From assembly GCF_009914755.1 (NCBI RefSeq), contig NC_060947.1: a DNA stretch of 64,000 nt; one strand, written 5' to 3'. The position numbers and the translations under genes were made by a program. The notes beneath the pieces were generated by a model. That model saw only the letters and a list, made by a program, of their open reading frames with translations. It ran no database searches and was not told the origin of the DNA. Positions 40,852-55,071 of this stretch are shown here, piece by piece. Source of the DNA: the human T2T-CHM13v2.0 reference genome, Homo sapiens. Numbering within the stretch: the stretch's first letter is position 1; every line of letters begins with the position of its first letter.

Positions 40852-42689
40852 TTCACAGTTCCACGTGGCCGGGGAGGCCTCAGGAAACTTACCATCATGG
40901 CAGAAGACAAAGGAGAAGCAAGTAGCTTTTCACAAGGTGGCAGGAGAGAGAAGAGGGAGTGAAAGGGGAAGAGCCCCTTATAAAACCATCAGATCTCATG
41001 AGAACTCACTCACTATCAAGAGAACAGCATGGGGGAAACCCACCACATGATCCAATCACCTCCCTCCCTCCAGGGATTACAAGTCCCTCCCTTGATCCAC
41101 GGGGATTACAATTTGAGATGAGATTTGGGTGGGAACATAGATCCAAACCATATCACTAATCATTAGAGAAATGCAAATCAAAACCACAATGAGACACCAT
41201 CTCACACCAGTCAGAATGGCTACTACTAAAAAGTCAAAAAACAAATGCTGATGAGGTTGTAGAGAAAAGGGAATGCTTATGCTTACGCACTGCTGGTGGG
41301 AATGTAAATTAGTTCAGTCATTGTAGAAAATAGTGTGGTCATTTCTGAAAGAACTTATAACAGAATTACCATTTGACCCAGCAATTCCATCACTGGGTAT
41401 ATACCTGAAGGAATATAAATCATTCTACCATAAAGACACTTGCACGTGTATGTTCGTTGCAGCACTATTCACAACAGCAAACACATGGAATCAACCTAAA
41501 TACCCACCAATGGTAGACTAGATAAAGAAAATGTGGTACATATACACCATGGACTGCTATGCAGCCATAAAAAGAAGGTGATCATGTCCTTTGCAGCGAC
41601 ATGGAAGGAGCTGGAGGCCATTATCCTAAGCAAACTAACAGGAACAAAAAATCAAATACCTCGTGTTTTCACTTATAAGTGGAAGCTAAACATTGAGAAC
41701 ACATGGACACAAAGAAAAGAATAGACACCAGGACCTACCTGAGGGTGGAGGGTGGGAAGAGGCTGAGAATCAAAAAACAACCTATTGAGTACTATGTTTA
41801 ATGCCTGGGTGACGAGATAATACGTACACCAAATCCCCATGGCATGTAGCTTACCTATATAACAGCCCTGCACATGTACCCATGAATTTAAAATAAAAGT
41901 TGGGGTATAAAAAGAAGTAAATAAAGAGTGATGAAATTACCCAAGACCACAGCTAGGAAGGGGTATAGCGTGAATCAGAACCTGATAGATTTGCTGAAAT
42001 CTCCAGCTGAAAAATAGCACATCCACTCTAATAGATGCAATATAATTTTTGATTGGTTGATACCAGTGCCATACTGATTGTAAAATGTCTTTAGTATCAC
42101 TTCTATTCATTCATTACTTCATGATATACGAAGTATCCTAAGTAATCAGAATTTTTTTGGTGGCAGTTGGGATAAGCCACATACTAGGTAATTTTCAGGA
42201 TAAAAGGGCCAGGTTGACTTATTCTAATAGGTGCCTGGGCTTTGCACGGCTTTTTAGAGCTTCAGTCTAGATCATCTCTGAAACAAATTTATGATCAACC
42301 GTCCTGGGTTCCACGAACAAAGATGTGAAGCTGAGGTGTGTGTATTGTATGTTAAAATTAAAAAGTAAAATAAAAAATAATTGTCTTAAAAAGAAATAAA
42401 TTCTATTAATTTTTTAAAATGTCTAACATGAAAATTATTTTGAAACTTAAATATTTGACTCATGCATAGACCCAGGCCTAGTATATTTTCAGAAATTAAA
42501 TTCTCATTTGAATAGTTAAAAAATAATTCAATAAGCTCCAAACTTCTTTTCAGTGCTTTTATTACCCACAAAAATGTGGCTCATAGTTGTTGTTTTTTTT
42601 TTCTGTAATGGAATGTGCAAGGATTCATTTTATATTTGCTCATCAATTTGTAATATTCACACTGCTTTCATATGCATTTTTTCAGTTAC

Positions 42690-42935
42690 CAGAGAGGCCA
42701 CATAATATAGTGATTAAAACCATGGACTCTGTAGTCAGACTGCCAGAGGGTTAAATCCCAGTTTCCCCACTTAGTAGCAGTGTGATCTTGAGCAAGTTAC
42801 TTAACTTTTTGTGCTTTAATCTTATTCCTTACAACAGGGACAATTATTGTGCCTAATTGGTAGACCTGTTGTTGAATTAATACCATAAAATACTTAGAAG
42901 AGTAAACAGTGTTAGCTATTGTTATTATAGTTATG
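42690..42935 (+). mobile_element. MIR
   Basis: atagtgattaa...gactctgtagtcagactgcc...gtgtgatcttgagcaagttacttaac. Confidence 0.8.
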
Positions 42936-43037
42936 TACTGAAATTTTCAGAACTAATGGCAAGGTATCTGAGAGTCTGAAGGGATTCATGGTAAGTGAAA
43001 GAATCAGGGCAGGATCCTTGACATTAAAGTAATTTGT

Positions 43038-43331
<294 letters not shown>

Positions 43332-43873
43332 TAAAGTAATTTGTCAACAAAATTACTGTTTGTTAGAGTGAGCTGAACCTAGATTTTCCTGAGCCCTTCA
43401 GTGCAAGACCTTTTTCATTTTACAGGAGGCTATTTCCAGAAGATTCCAAAGCCAGATCTGGTCTTGTTTCAATAGGTGAATAAAGCAGATTATAAAAAAG
43501 GGCTTAACGATGCAATATTACATACTCCATATGATCTTGACCATTAACACGAAGTATCAAATATACTAGAGAAAAGATAACAAGCAAATATGCTAAAATA
43601 TCAGAGGATTTTTCACTGAAGGTGGAATTGTAGGTGACTCTTTGTGCTTTTTTATAATTATCTGTCAAATGTTCTTTTTTGAGCAATGTTCTGTTTTGAT
43701 AGAGAGGAGAAGTAGAAAACCAAAATAAGTTCAGTAACAATTGAGATTTGCTCCATTAGACTGAAGTCGAATAATGGAACCAAAAGAGGAGTAGGTGAGA
43801 AATATTTAAAATTTAAATGCTCATTTTAGAAGGATTTTTCTACCTGAATTAAAACAAGAACTGCCAGATCCAT

Positions 43874-44276
43874 TGGTATGGTTTGGATCTGTGTCCCCAT
43901 CCAAATATCATGTTCAATTTTAATCTCCAATGTTGGAGGTGGGGTCTGGTGGGAAGTGATTGGATCTTGGGAGCGGATTTCCCTCTCAGTGCTGCTGTTG
44001 TGATAGTGAGTGAGTGCTCACAAGATCTTGTTGTTTAAAAGTGTGCAGCACCTCCCCCCACCCCGTTCTTCCTGCTCTAGCCGTGTAAGATGTGCCAGCT
44101 TCCCCCTTCACCTTCCACTATTATTGTAAGTTTCCTGAGGCCTCCCCAGAAGCCACGCAGATGCTGCCATGCTTTCGGTACAGTCTGCAAAACTGTGAGC
44201 CAATTAAACTTTTATTCTTTATAAATTACCCAGTCTTGTGAATTTCTTTATAGCAATGCAAGAACAGACTAATACA
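43874..44276 (+). mobile_element. MaLR solo LTR (MSTA/MSTB-like)
   Basis: tggtatggtttggatctgtgtcccc...ataaattacccagtc...gaacagactaataca. Confidence 0.9.
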
Positions 44277-44814
44277 CTCATACTTTATGAATCTGGCATT
44301 TCAGATAAAAATTAAACAAAGACAGCCTCAGTGAGGAAATAAAGTGCAGTACTAAACACAACAAGGCAGCCTTGTCTTCTCTAGATAGAGTGAAACACCA
44401 ATAAATGTTTTCCACAAGGGGGAGATAGTTGGTCAGAGTTTCATCAAACAGGACTATCAACACACTGTAAGTGAAGAAGCAATGCAAGTAAAATGCCTGG
44501 TGTTTATTCTCACCAAAGAATAAGGAGCTGCAAATATGAGGCACTCGGAAGGACCAACACAGACACACACATGCACACTCAAGTCAGAAGCAACAAGTCT
44601 TAGCAGAATACAAAGAAGATCTAGTTTACAGAGTCTTTTAAATACTATGTTCAATAAATGTTACTTATACAGAAAAAATATATAGAAAGGTATATAGACG
44701 AAAGATAAATAGATGAATTATTGAGTCTGAGGAGCTGTGTTAGTGAGAGTTCTTAGGTTCTCAGGAGAATTCTGAGTAATAATAATTTATCTACTAATTT
44801 TAAATGCAATGTAT

Positions 44815-45990
44815 ACACATTCGCTGATTCTTCTGCTTGTTGAAGTCTGCTGTTAATCCTCTCTAGTAAATTTTTCAATTCAGTTATTATATTTTCTGCT
44901 TCAGAATTTCTACTTGGTTTCTTTTTGTAGTTTCTGTCTCTTTGTTGATATTCTCATCTTGTTCAGATATCATTTTAAAATTTCCTTTAATTTGTCTGTT
45001 TTTATTTAAGTTATTTGAACATACTTAAGGAAGTTATATTAAAGATTTTGTTTAATATATCTAAAAACTGTTGTTTGCTCAGAGGTGATTTTGCCACTTT
45101 TCTTTCATCCTTTGAATGGGCCTTTTCTCTTTCTTTGAAAATACTGTGGGTTTTTTTTTTTTACATTAAAAAATTGGGTATTTGATGCAACAAACAAACA
45201 AAAAATGTGCATTTGAAAAAGCAATCACTATAGCCAGTCTTTGCTGACTGGTTCTTTGCCAAGAAAGGCCTTCACTATTCAGCATGCATGTCCCGAGCAG
45301 GGGTAAAGTCTTGAAGTTTTCTCAGGTCTTCCTTGAGCATGCATCTCACCTAGGACTTCGTGTGTGTGTGTGTGTGTGTGTGTGTGTACACGTATGTTTG
45401 CTTAAATGCTTTAATTTCCAAAAGAGTCCTAGCCCAGCTTCTTAGTGTGTCTTAGTTGTCCTGTTGCAATCCTTAATTACTAATCTCTAGCTCCCAGTAT
45501 CAGTGGGTCTGTAGTCCCCTTGAAGCTTTTACAAACCATTTTCACTGACAATTTCTATGGCTTTTTGTTTTTTAGTCTGAGGCCTGGCATATGCTGTTTT
45601 TCTTCTCTGAATTCCAGGAAAGGAAAATTAGAGGGCAGAATACTAGGTAGTTCCCAGACAGTTCAGAATGTTGCAAGTAAGGTTTTTTCTTCTTCCTCTC
45701 GCCCAAGGGAGAAATTCCTTGATCAGAAACTGGGCTGCTTTATATCTACCACATCTCACTGCATCATGGAAAGAACGGGGCCAAGGTCAGTAGAAGCAAA
45801 ATAAAAATTGTGTACCAATTTGAAGGTAGCTTTTTCTCCATTGGGTGATTACAGAGCAGACCTATGTACACCAGACCATTAACTGTTTTTCAGAAATCCC
45901 ATAACGTTATTTTAACTAGTCTAATTTCTTTTAGTGTTTCTGTAGAAGAATAAAGGCCTGGAGCTTCCTAGTTTACTGTCTTGTTATCAA
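44815..45990 (-). mobile_element. Old L1M ORF1/5' region remnant
   Basis: gtctgctgttaatcctctctagtaaatttttcaattcagttatt...cagaatttctacttggtttcttttt. Confidence 0.55.
45360..45387. repeat. (GT)14 microsatellite
   Basis: Direct reading. Confidence 0.95.
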
Positions 45991-46668
45991 AAGCATTATT
46001 TTTGAAATATATCGAATCACTTGTCTAAATAATTTTTAATTTAAAAATAAGCAGATTACTGTGCTTTTATTTTCACAAGCTCTTTTGATATTCTGCTCTA
46101 CTCATTCTCTGATCCTACCATATGAAGTATTTCAGGTAAATTTTGATGCAAGTTTAAATTAAATAGAGCTGTGAAAATGTCTTAGAAGATTTCTACTTAC
46201 ATGGAGGTAAGGTGGAACATAAGCCAAAGAAACATATCTGGATTCCAATTTTATTTTAAAATATTTCTACAAGAGTCATTAAAATTGTGTATGAAAAACA
46301 AAGATAAGGTTCAATAAGAGCTTAATTTAAATATGACACAAATATACAGCAAGATTTAACAGAAGTTTAATAACACAATAGACTGAAGATAAATGGTTTG
46401 CTTCTAAAGAGTCAAACATGATGCTGACTTCAGCTTTTTCTTATCCATCCTTTTCTTGTTCCTTCCTGATCACATTTGCTGCCTTGAAAAATGTTCTCTT
46501 TGCCAGCAACTTTATTCCCTCTCTCTTCCCTTCTTCAGTTTATGTTCATACTTGTCAAGAGTATATTTGAGAGTTGCCCTGTTCTGAAAATTATTCCCAA
46601 TCCCTTAAACTAGATTTGGTGTATTTTTTTCTTTGTGACCGTAGCATATTATATATAGCTAGACTCCC

Positions 46669-46781
46669 TTTTTTTTTTCTTGTATTTTTAGTAGAGGCGA
46701 GGTTTCACTGTGTTAGCCAGGATGGTCTCGATCTCCTGACCTCGTGATCTGCCCGCCTTGGCCTCCCAAAGTGCTGGGATT
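46669..46781 (-). mobile_element. Alu left-arm fragment (AluY/Sc-type diagnostics)
   Basis: gtgttagccaggatggtctcgatctcctgacctcgtgatc; ends at the linker with a T tract, no right arm. Confidence 0.85.
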
Positions 46782-47509
46782 GAATTATTATACTACACTC
46801 ATCTGTGATCTCCTTCCTTATAAAATTGTGTTTTCATCTCTATAGTCAACAGTGTCATTAAAGTTTCTTGAATAAATGAGTCTTCTATCTGAAAATCTTT
46901 CTTTTCTACTTGATAATATTTGTAACTCATTTGATTCATTTGAAGAACTGACATAAATCCATTTATAGTCTTTATCTTATCCAGTGTGAACATTCATTTA
47001 GCTGTAGACATACTAATTTGCTTGATTATAAGGTGCTATTCTGGACTCTCACTGGTGGGCTACATAATATATAGTCTATGCAATACTCACCTTTCTAAAA
47101 TCAGAAGAAAAATGGTAATTTCGCATGCATATGACCCTAAGAGTTTCAGATAGAGGATGGTGGACTTTTCCATATGCAGCCAGATCCCTTGAATAGTACC
47201 TGAAATTTAGAGAGTAAACATTTTCGTGGCTGTGTGCTACATGCTGTAACAAAAATTGAGAGACAACCACCTTCACCATATGGTTTCTAACGTTTATTTA
47301 AGGTGTATCACAAAATTGAACTAAGGACATACTGGAAGTATAGGAGTTTCTCAGGAAGCATAAACCAATACTATTTATGAGAAGCTTGAATTTGAAATTT
47401 TAAAAAAGAGTATAATACTGAGAAAAAAAGGAAAAAATAATCCTAGAAACGTGTTTACTTTTTCTAATAATTTTACATGTTCATCAAATAGAAGCTTAAT
47501 TAAAAATAT

Positions 47510-49810
47510 ATACTAGGACACTACAAAAGAAAATTACAGACAAATATCTTTGATGAACAGAAATGCAAAAATCCTCAACAAAGCATTAGCAAACCAAATT
47601 CAACAGCATAGTGAAACAAATTATTCACAATTATCAAGGGAGATTTATCTTTGGAATGCAAGAATAATTCAACGTATGTTGAATGTTGCAAATATAACAA
47701 CATGATAGATCACATTAACAGAATGAAGGACAAAAACCATATGATTATCTCAACAGATGTGGCAAAGGCATTTGACAAAATTCAACATCCTTTTACAAGG
47801 AAAACTCTCAATAAATTATATAGAGAGGGAATGATAAAGGCCATACTAATAAGCCCATAGCTAACATTACTCTACTCTCACCCCTTTTGTTCAACATAGT
47901 TTTGGGAATCATAGCCAGAGCACTTAGGCAAGAGAAAGAAAGAAAAAGTATACAAACATAAAAGGAAGAAGCGAATTTGTCTTTATGTGCTGGTGACATG
48001 ATCTTACATATAGAAAACCCTAAAAACTCTGCCAAAAACTTTTAGAATGGTAAACGAATTCAGTAAACTTGCAGATCACAAAGCCAACATACATAAATCA
48101 ATAATATTTTTAGTACTAATAATAAACTATCTAAAAAGAAAATTAAGATATAATTTTATTTACAAGAGCAAAAAACTTAGGTATACATGTATTAAAGGAG
48201 ATAGAAAACCTTTATACTGAAAAATAAAAGGCATCAATAAAAAAATTGAAGAAAACACAAATAAATAGAAAGATAGCCCATGTAGAAAGATATCCCACAT
48301 TCATGGATTTGAAGAAATAATACTGTGAAAATTGCCATGCTACTCAAAGCAATCTACAGATTCACCATAATCCCTATCATAATTCAGATGTCATTTTTTT
48401 CACAGAGGTAGATTAAATCATCTTTAAATTTGTATGGAACTATGGAAGACCTTGAATAGCCAACGATCTTGGACAGAAACAAGAAAGCTGGAGGCACCAA
48501 ACTCCCTGATTTAAAAAAAAATTATAAAATAATTGTAACTAAAACACCATGATACATGATACTGCCATAAAAATAGACCCATTGACCAATGGATTAGAAT
48601 AGAAAGCCCAGATATAAACCCATGCATCAGTGGCCAATTGATTTTTTTACAAAGGTGCTGAGAACACATGATGTGGGAAAAACCCCTTTTTTGTGACAGG
48701 TGTTTGAACAACTGGATATCTACATGCAGAAGAATGAAATTTAAATACACAAATATTTATCATTGTGTTACATTTATCTACAGTGTTTAGTACAGTGACA
48801 TATTGTATAAGTTTGTAGCCTAGGGACAATAGGCTATACCATATAGCTGAGGTTTGTAGTAGACTATCCCATCTAGGTTTGTGTAAGTACACTATATGAT
48901 GTTCTCAAAATCACCTGACACATTTCTCAGAACATATTTTCATCATTAAGCAATACATGACTGTATATTTAAAATGCTCAGCATCATTAATCCACAGAAA
49001 AATTTAAATTGAAACCACAATGAGGTATCACTTCACACCTATTAGAATAGCTTTTGTCATTGGTGAGAAAACAATATGCAGATTCCTCAAAAAAATAAAA
49101 ATAAATCTATCTTATGATCCAGTAATTCCACTTCTGAGTATAGATTCAAAGAAACTGAAATCAATGTGTCAAAAGGATAGCTGCAATCCCATGTTAATTG
49201 TAGCATTATTCATTATAGACAATAAATGGAATCAACCTATGTGTTCACCTACAGATGAATGGGTAAAGAAAATATGATATCTACACAACAGAATACTATT
49301 CAACCTCAACAGAAGGGAAACTTCTGTCATTTGCTACAAAACGGATGAATCTAGAAGGGATTGTGCTAATTGAATTAAGCCAAGCACAAAAAAATAAATA
49401 CCACGTGATCTCACTTACATTTGGAATCTAAAAGAGCTGAACTACGAAGTAGAGAGTAGAATGATGGTTGTGAGAGACTGGGAATAGGGTGGGAAAGAGG
49501 ACATGGTGAGTCGCTGGTTAAAGGGTACAAAGTTTCAGATAGACAATAGGAATAAGTTTTGAGGTCTATTACACAACGAGATAACTATAGTCAATAATAA
49601 TGTATATTTCAAAATTACCAAGAATTTCAAATGTCTTACCACAGAAAAAATGATAAATAAGTGAGGTGGTAAATAAGTTAATTAGCTTGATTTAATCATT
49701 CCACATGGTGTACATATATCAGAGCATCACATTATGCCTTATAAGTTTATACAATTATGACTTCTGAATAAAAAATAAAATTCATAATGAAAAGTAAATA
49801 AATAAAATAT
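47510..49810 (+). mobile_element. Fragmented L1MA (ORF2 pieces plus 3' UTR)
   Basis: ORF2-like peptides ([21 protein letters not shown]; YDPVIPLL...KWNQP); L1MA-type 3' UTR 49400-49800. Confidence 0.85.
48745..48963 (+). mobile_element. Tigger3/MER7-like fragment
   Basis: gtttgtagcctagg...aggctataccatatag...ggtttgtgtaagtacact...catgactg followed by TA. Confidence 0.75.
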
Positions 49811-50005
49811 AGAAATGAGATAGCTTAAACTAAGTAGAATAAAGACAATCTAGAGAAAGAGGGACTATTCAAATGTGTACTTACTACTCAGATATGTTGA
49901 GTATGATGAAGTATTGACTTAGGAAAACAATGATATCACACCATTCTCTTCTGCCAAGAGTCCCTGAAACATAAAGAAACAAACTTTGTTTTAAAAATTA
50001 AGCTT

Positions 50006-50007
<2 letters not shown>

Positions 50008-50040
<33 letters not shown>

Positions 50041-52463
50041 TCACCTTGTATTTTAGTTTGTGGATGTACATGTGCAGGTTTGTTACATGGGTAAATTTTG
50101 TATCATTGAATTTCAGTGTATGAATAATCTTGTCACTCAGGTAGTGAGCATAGTATCCAATAGGTAGTTTTTCAACACTTCCCCTCTCCCACTCTCCCCC
50201 TTCTTGTATTTCCCAGTGTCTATTGTTCTCATTTTTATCTCCATATGTACTCAATGTTCATTTAGCTCCTACTTATAAGTGAGAACATGCAGTGTTGGAG
50301 TTTCTATTCCTGCATAAATTTGCTTAGGATAATGGCCTCTAGCTGCATCCATGTTGCTGCAAATAACATGATTTTGTTCATTTTTATAGCTGCATAGTAT
50401 TCCATGGTGTGTCTGTACCATACTTGCTTTATCCAGTCCATAGTCTATGAGCATCTAGGTTGATTCATTGTCTTTGCTATTGTGAATAGTGCTGTGACGA
50501 ACATATGAGCTCATGTGTATTTTGATAGGATAATTTTTTTTCTGTTGGGTATGTACCTAGTAATGGGACTGTTGGGTTGAATGGTAGCTCTGTTTTAAGT
50601 TCTTGGATAAATATCCAGTCTGCTTAACACAGTGGATGGATGAATTTGCATTTTCACCAACAGCGTATAATTAATCCCTTTTCTCTGCAGCCTCACCAGC
50701 ATCTGTTATTTTTGACTTTTTAATCATCACAATTCTGACTGGTGTGAGATGGTTTCTCATTGAGATTTTGATTTGCATTTCTCTGGGGATTAGTGATGTT
50801 GAACACTTTTTCATATATTTGTTGGCTGCATGTATGTCTTCTTTTGAAAAACGTCTTTTTGTGTCCTTTGGCCCATGTTTTAATGGAGATACTTGTTTTT
50901 ATCTTGTTGAATTGTTTAAATTCCTTATAGATTCTAGATATTATACCTTTATCAGATGCATAGTTTGTGAATATTTTCTCCCATTCTGTAGATTGTCTGT
51001 TTATTCCGTTGATAGTTCTTTTGTTATGCAGAGGCTCTTTAATTAGGTTCCACTTGTCAATTTTTGTCTCTGTTGCAATTGCTTTTGGAGATTTAGTCAT
51101 AAATTTTTCACCAAGGCTGTGTCCAGAATGATATTTTCTAGGTTTTCTTCTAGGTTTCTTATAGTGTGTGGTCTTACCTTTAAATCTTTAATGCATTTTG
51201 AAATAATTTTTGTATATTGTGTAAAGCAGGGGTGCAGTTTCATTATTCTACATATGGCTAGCCAGCTATCTCAGTAGCATTTATTAAATAGGGAATGCTT
51301 TCTGCATTGCTTGTTATTGTCAACTTTGTCTAAGATCAGATAGTTGTAGGTGTGTGCCTTTATTTCTTGGTTCTCTATTTTGTTCTATTGGTCTATATGT
51401 CTATTTTTGTACCAATACCATGCTGTTACTGTTACTGTAGTCTTGTAATATAGTTTGAAGTGGGGTATTGTGATGTTTCTGGCTTTGGTCTTTTTCCTTG
51501 CAATTATCTATTCAGGCTTTTTTTTTTTTCGTTCCATATACATTTAAGAATCGGTTCTTTTCCAGCTCTATGAAAAATGACATTGGTATCTTGATAGGAA
51601 TAGCACCGAATCTGTAGATTGCCTTGGGCAATTGCAATGATATTGATTGTTCCAATCCATGAACATAAAAGGATTTTCCATTTGCTTGTGTCATCCTTGA
51701 GTATCTTCAGCAGTGTTTTGTAGCTGTACCTGTAGAGATCTTTCACCTTCTTGGTCATATGTATTTCTAGGTATTCTATATTTTTTGGCTGTTATAAATA
51801 GAATTGCATTATAGATTTGACTTTCAGCATGAATGTTATTTGTGAATAGAAATGTTACTGAATTTTGTACATTGATTTTATATCCTGAAACTACTGAAGT
51901 TATTTATCAACTCTAGGCACCTTTTGGTGGTGTCTTTAGGGTCTCTAGAAATAGAATTATATTATCAGTGAAGAGAGATAATTTGACTTCCTCTCTTCCT
52001 ATTTGAATGCTTTTTATAAGGTTGGTGCAAAAGTAATCGCAGTTTTGCCATTAAAAGTAATGGCGAACTCCACTATTACTTTTGCACCAACCTAAAATTT
52101 CTTTCTCTTGCCTGATTGCTCTGGCTAGGGCTTCCACAACTATGCTGAATAGGAATGGTGAGAGCTTGTATCCTTGCCTTGTTCTAGTCCTCAAGTGAAA
52201 TGCCTCCAGCTTTTGCCCATTCAGTATGATGTGGGTTTTGGGTTTGTCATATATGGCTGTTATTATTTTGAGGTACGTTACTTCTGTGCCTAGTTTGTTG
52301 AACATTTTTATCATGAAACTTTACTGGATTTAATTGAAAGCTTTTGCTGTATCTAATAGGATAATAATTTTTTGTTTTTAATTCTGTTTATGGAGTGAAT
52401 CACATTTATTGATTTGCATGTGTAGAACAAGCCCTGCATCCCAGGAATAAAGCCTTCTTGATT
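50008..52463 (-). mobile_element. 3' half of an old L1PA (PA13-16-like) with (TTTA)n tail
   Basis: ORF2 fragments 50720-51100, 51504-51758, 52051-52314; 3' UTR 50040-50260; left TSD copy aaaaattaagctttt at 49993-50007. Confidence 0.92.
52017..52095. mobile_element. MADE1 (Hsmar1 mariner MITE)
   Basis: ~80-bp palindrome aggttggtgcaaaagtaat...attacttttgcaccaacct inserted at a TA in L1 ORF2. Confidence 0.95.
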
Positions 52464-53124
52464 TTTGTGTTATTTTGCTCTGTATAATGTGAAAATAAGA
52501 AGATGCAGTCCTCAACTTAGTATTCAGTACTAGTAAGGGTCAAGTCACCAAACTCTGTGTTTCAACAGTAGAAAAGCTTGCTTTCACATTAAAAAGCAAA
52601 GCACGTATTGCAAACATTATTTAATAGTGATAAAATTACAGAAGAAAATATATTCAGACTGACCCATGGCATTCACACCACACCAGAATTTTGCCTGGAA
52701 CAAAACAGTAGGTTAGGTCCGAGCTCGCTAAAAACTTCAGTCTCAGACCCAGTGAAGGAGGATAAAATACATAGTGCATGTATAACATACATTACATATA
52801 CATTAACCTTCTTTAATGCCCCCCACTAGGGTTTTGAGGGAAGGAGAGATGAAATGTGGACTTGTGCACTCACAAAGGCAGAACTTTCTTCCAATTATAA
52901 AAGGTCATACATGTGACCCTTTATATCTGTGGGAATCCACCTTTGAAAATCACAACAAAAATCAAAAGGAAATGATTTAATATAAAATATTCAAATTTCT
53001 CAGTATGAAGACTTCCACAGAACAGGAAGGAGACAATGAAAATAAATTTTCTTTAAAAATAACATTCCCCTCGTTTTATCCCTGATACTCAACACTCAAA
53101 AACAAGTCTATATAAAACTAGGAA

Positions 53125-53446
53125 CTATCGCAAGAACAAAAAACCAAACACCGCATATTCTCACTCATAGGTGGGAATTGAACAATGAGATCACATGGAC
53201 ACAGGAAGGGGAATATCACACTCTGGGGACTGTGGTGGGGAGGGGGGAGGGGGGAGGGATAGCATTGGGAGATATACCTAATGCTAGATGACGAGTTAGT
53301 GGGTGCAGCGCACCAGCATGGCACATGTATACATATGTAACTAACCTGCACAATGTGCACATGTACCCTAAAACTTAAAGTATAATAAAAAAAAAAAAAA
53401 GAAAAGCATACATATAAAAAAGTTTTTTCTAAGCAAAAAAAAAAAA
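53125..53446 (+). mobile_element. Young 5'-truncated L1PA2-like insertion with a short 3' transduction, inside the pseudogene 3' UTR
   Basis: Near-consensus 3' UTR with GAG (gatgacgagttag) and cttaaagtat, so not L1HS-Ta; two A tails; TSD aaaactaggaa at 53114-53124 and 53447-53457. Confidence 0.93.
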
Positions 53447-55038
53447 AAAACTAGGAATACAGAAAAGGACCACAGAGGACGTTACATTTCAAAGTCTTAG
53501 GACCTACTCTCAAATTCTGTCCTCATCAAGACCCTTGCCTATAGAGATGAGGGCTCCCTGGTCCACTGGAGAAAGTGAGTGGTCTCAGATCTTCACCCCT
53601 GCTTCAGCAAAGATATCCCAAGTCACTCACTGTCAAAATTAATAGAATTGACCTGGACAGAGATTGAGCCTCCCCAGGAGATGCCCTGCTTCTTGGTTTT
53701 CTCATACCAGAAGGATTTGCCTTTGGTGAACCTCAAAACCTCATTGGCTCGTTCCCCCAGTCTCCGGCTGCACCTCAGTTGGCATCAATGGAGTTGTCTG
53801 CGACCTGAATTTCCTCCTCCCTGACCCTTAAGAATGTGGATCATGCCCTTTTTCTTCTTTCTTCCTTTTTGGAAATGTGTTAGGGGTCTGAAGCTTTATT
53901 TTCTTGGCTGGAGGAGTCTCTGCCTCTTTGGCAGTCTCAGCTGCTTCCACTTCTTTCCTGAACCCAGCTTGGGAACTACCACTGCTGCCTTTTTCTTTTT
54001 GTCTTCCTCCTCTTCCTCCTCCTTGCTGTTCTTAGCTGCTTTTCCATTCTGGGCAGTCAGTGCAGAGGTGCCACTGGCCTTGGGGACTTGTGGTCTTGGA
54101 GAGTCCTTGCCCTTGGGCTTCGCTTCCTCTTCCTCACTGGAGTCATCAGAGGAAGAATTGCTGCTGCTCTTGACCTTTCCTTTCTTTGTGGAGGCTGGCT
54201 TGGAAGGGGCTGTCCCTCCTGCTGCCTTCTGCAACTTCTTCTTAACTAGGGATTTAGATGTCTTCTCTTCCTCCTCCTCCTCCTCACTGTTGGAGCTGTC
54301 TGAATGAGAGCTGCTGTCCTTACCCCTCTCAGGAGCCTGCTTGGCAGGCAGATATGGAGCTGCTTTGTCAGTTACCTTGGGCTTAGGGGGGGCCACAGTC
54401 ATCTTTGTCTTCTCCTCCTCACTGGAACTGCTCTCTTTCTCACTGGAGTTGCTGTCAGCCTTTCTCATTAGAGGCTTCTGGCCACTGCTTGCAGGTTGCT
54501 TGAGAGTTGCAGCTGGCTCCGCTGCAGGTGACTTGGTAGTGGCAGCTGGCTTATCTGAGGAATTCTTGCTGGTACTGGCTAGCTTGGAAAGAGCTTCATC
54601 ATCCTCAGAACTGTTGGAATATGAGCTGTCTGAAGAGCTCTCTGCTGCTTTCTTTGCTGGAGGTTGTTTAGTATTTGCTTTAGAGATGACTGACTTAGCA
54701 AGAGTTCATCCTCTTCCACCAAACTTGAATCAGACTCGTCGCTGCTGTCTTCACTGCTTTCGGAAGGCTGTTTCTTCTCCACAGCTTTCTTGGGAGACTG
54801 GGTTCCCAAGGACTTCTTTGATGGGGGAGCAGGACGGGGGCACTGAACTTTAGGGATCTGGGGGTTTTTTTCTTTTTTTTTTTTTTTCCTACTACTCTTC
54901 CTCCTCACCGGAGGAGTCTCACTGCTGGAATTTTTGGGTAGGGGTGGCAGCTGCTTTCACTGGGACCTTGACCACAACTTGCTTTTAAGATACAGTCTTC
55001 TTGGGGATGGCTGCTGCCATCTCTTCCTTTGAGTCAGC

Positions 55039-55039
<1 letters not shown>

Positions 55040-55065
<26 letters not shown>
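55040..55065. repeat. (CTG)8 triplet repeat from the poly-Ser AGC codons of the retrocopy
   Basis: Direct reading. Confidence 0.9.

Positions 55066-55071
<6 letters not shown>

Noticed and set aside
53834-54853. + strand ORFs of 157 and 170 aa, Ser/Leu/Phe rich
   Set aside because: Antisense shadows of the low-complexity NOLC1 coding repeats.
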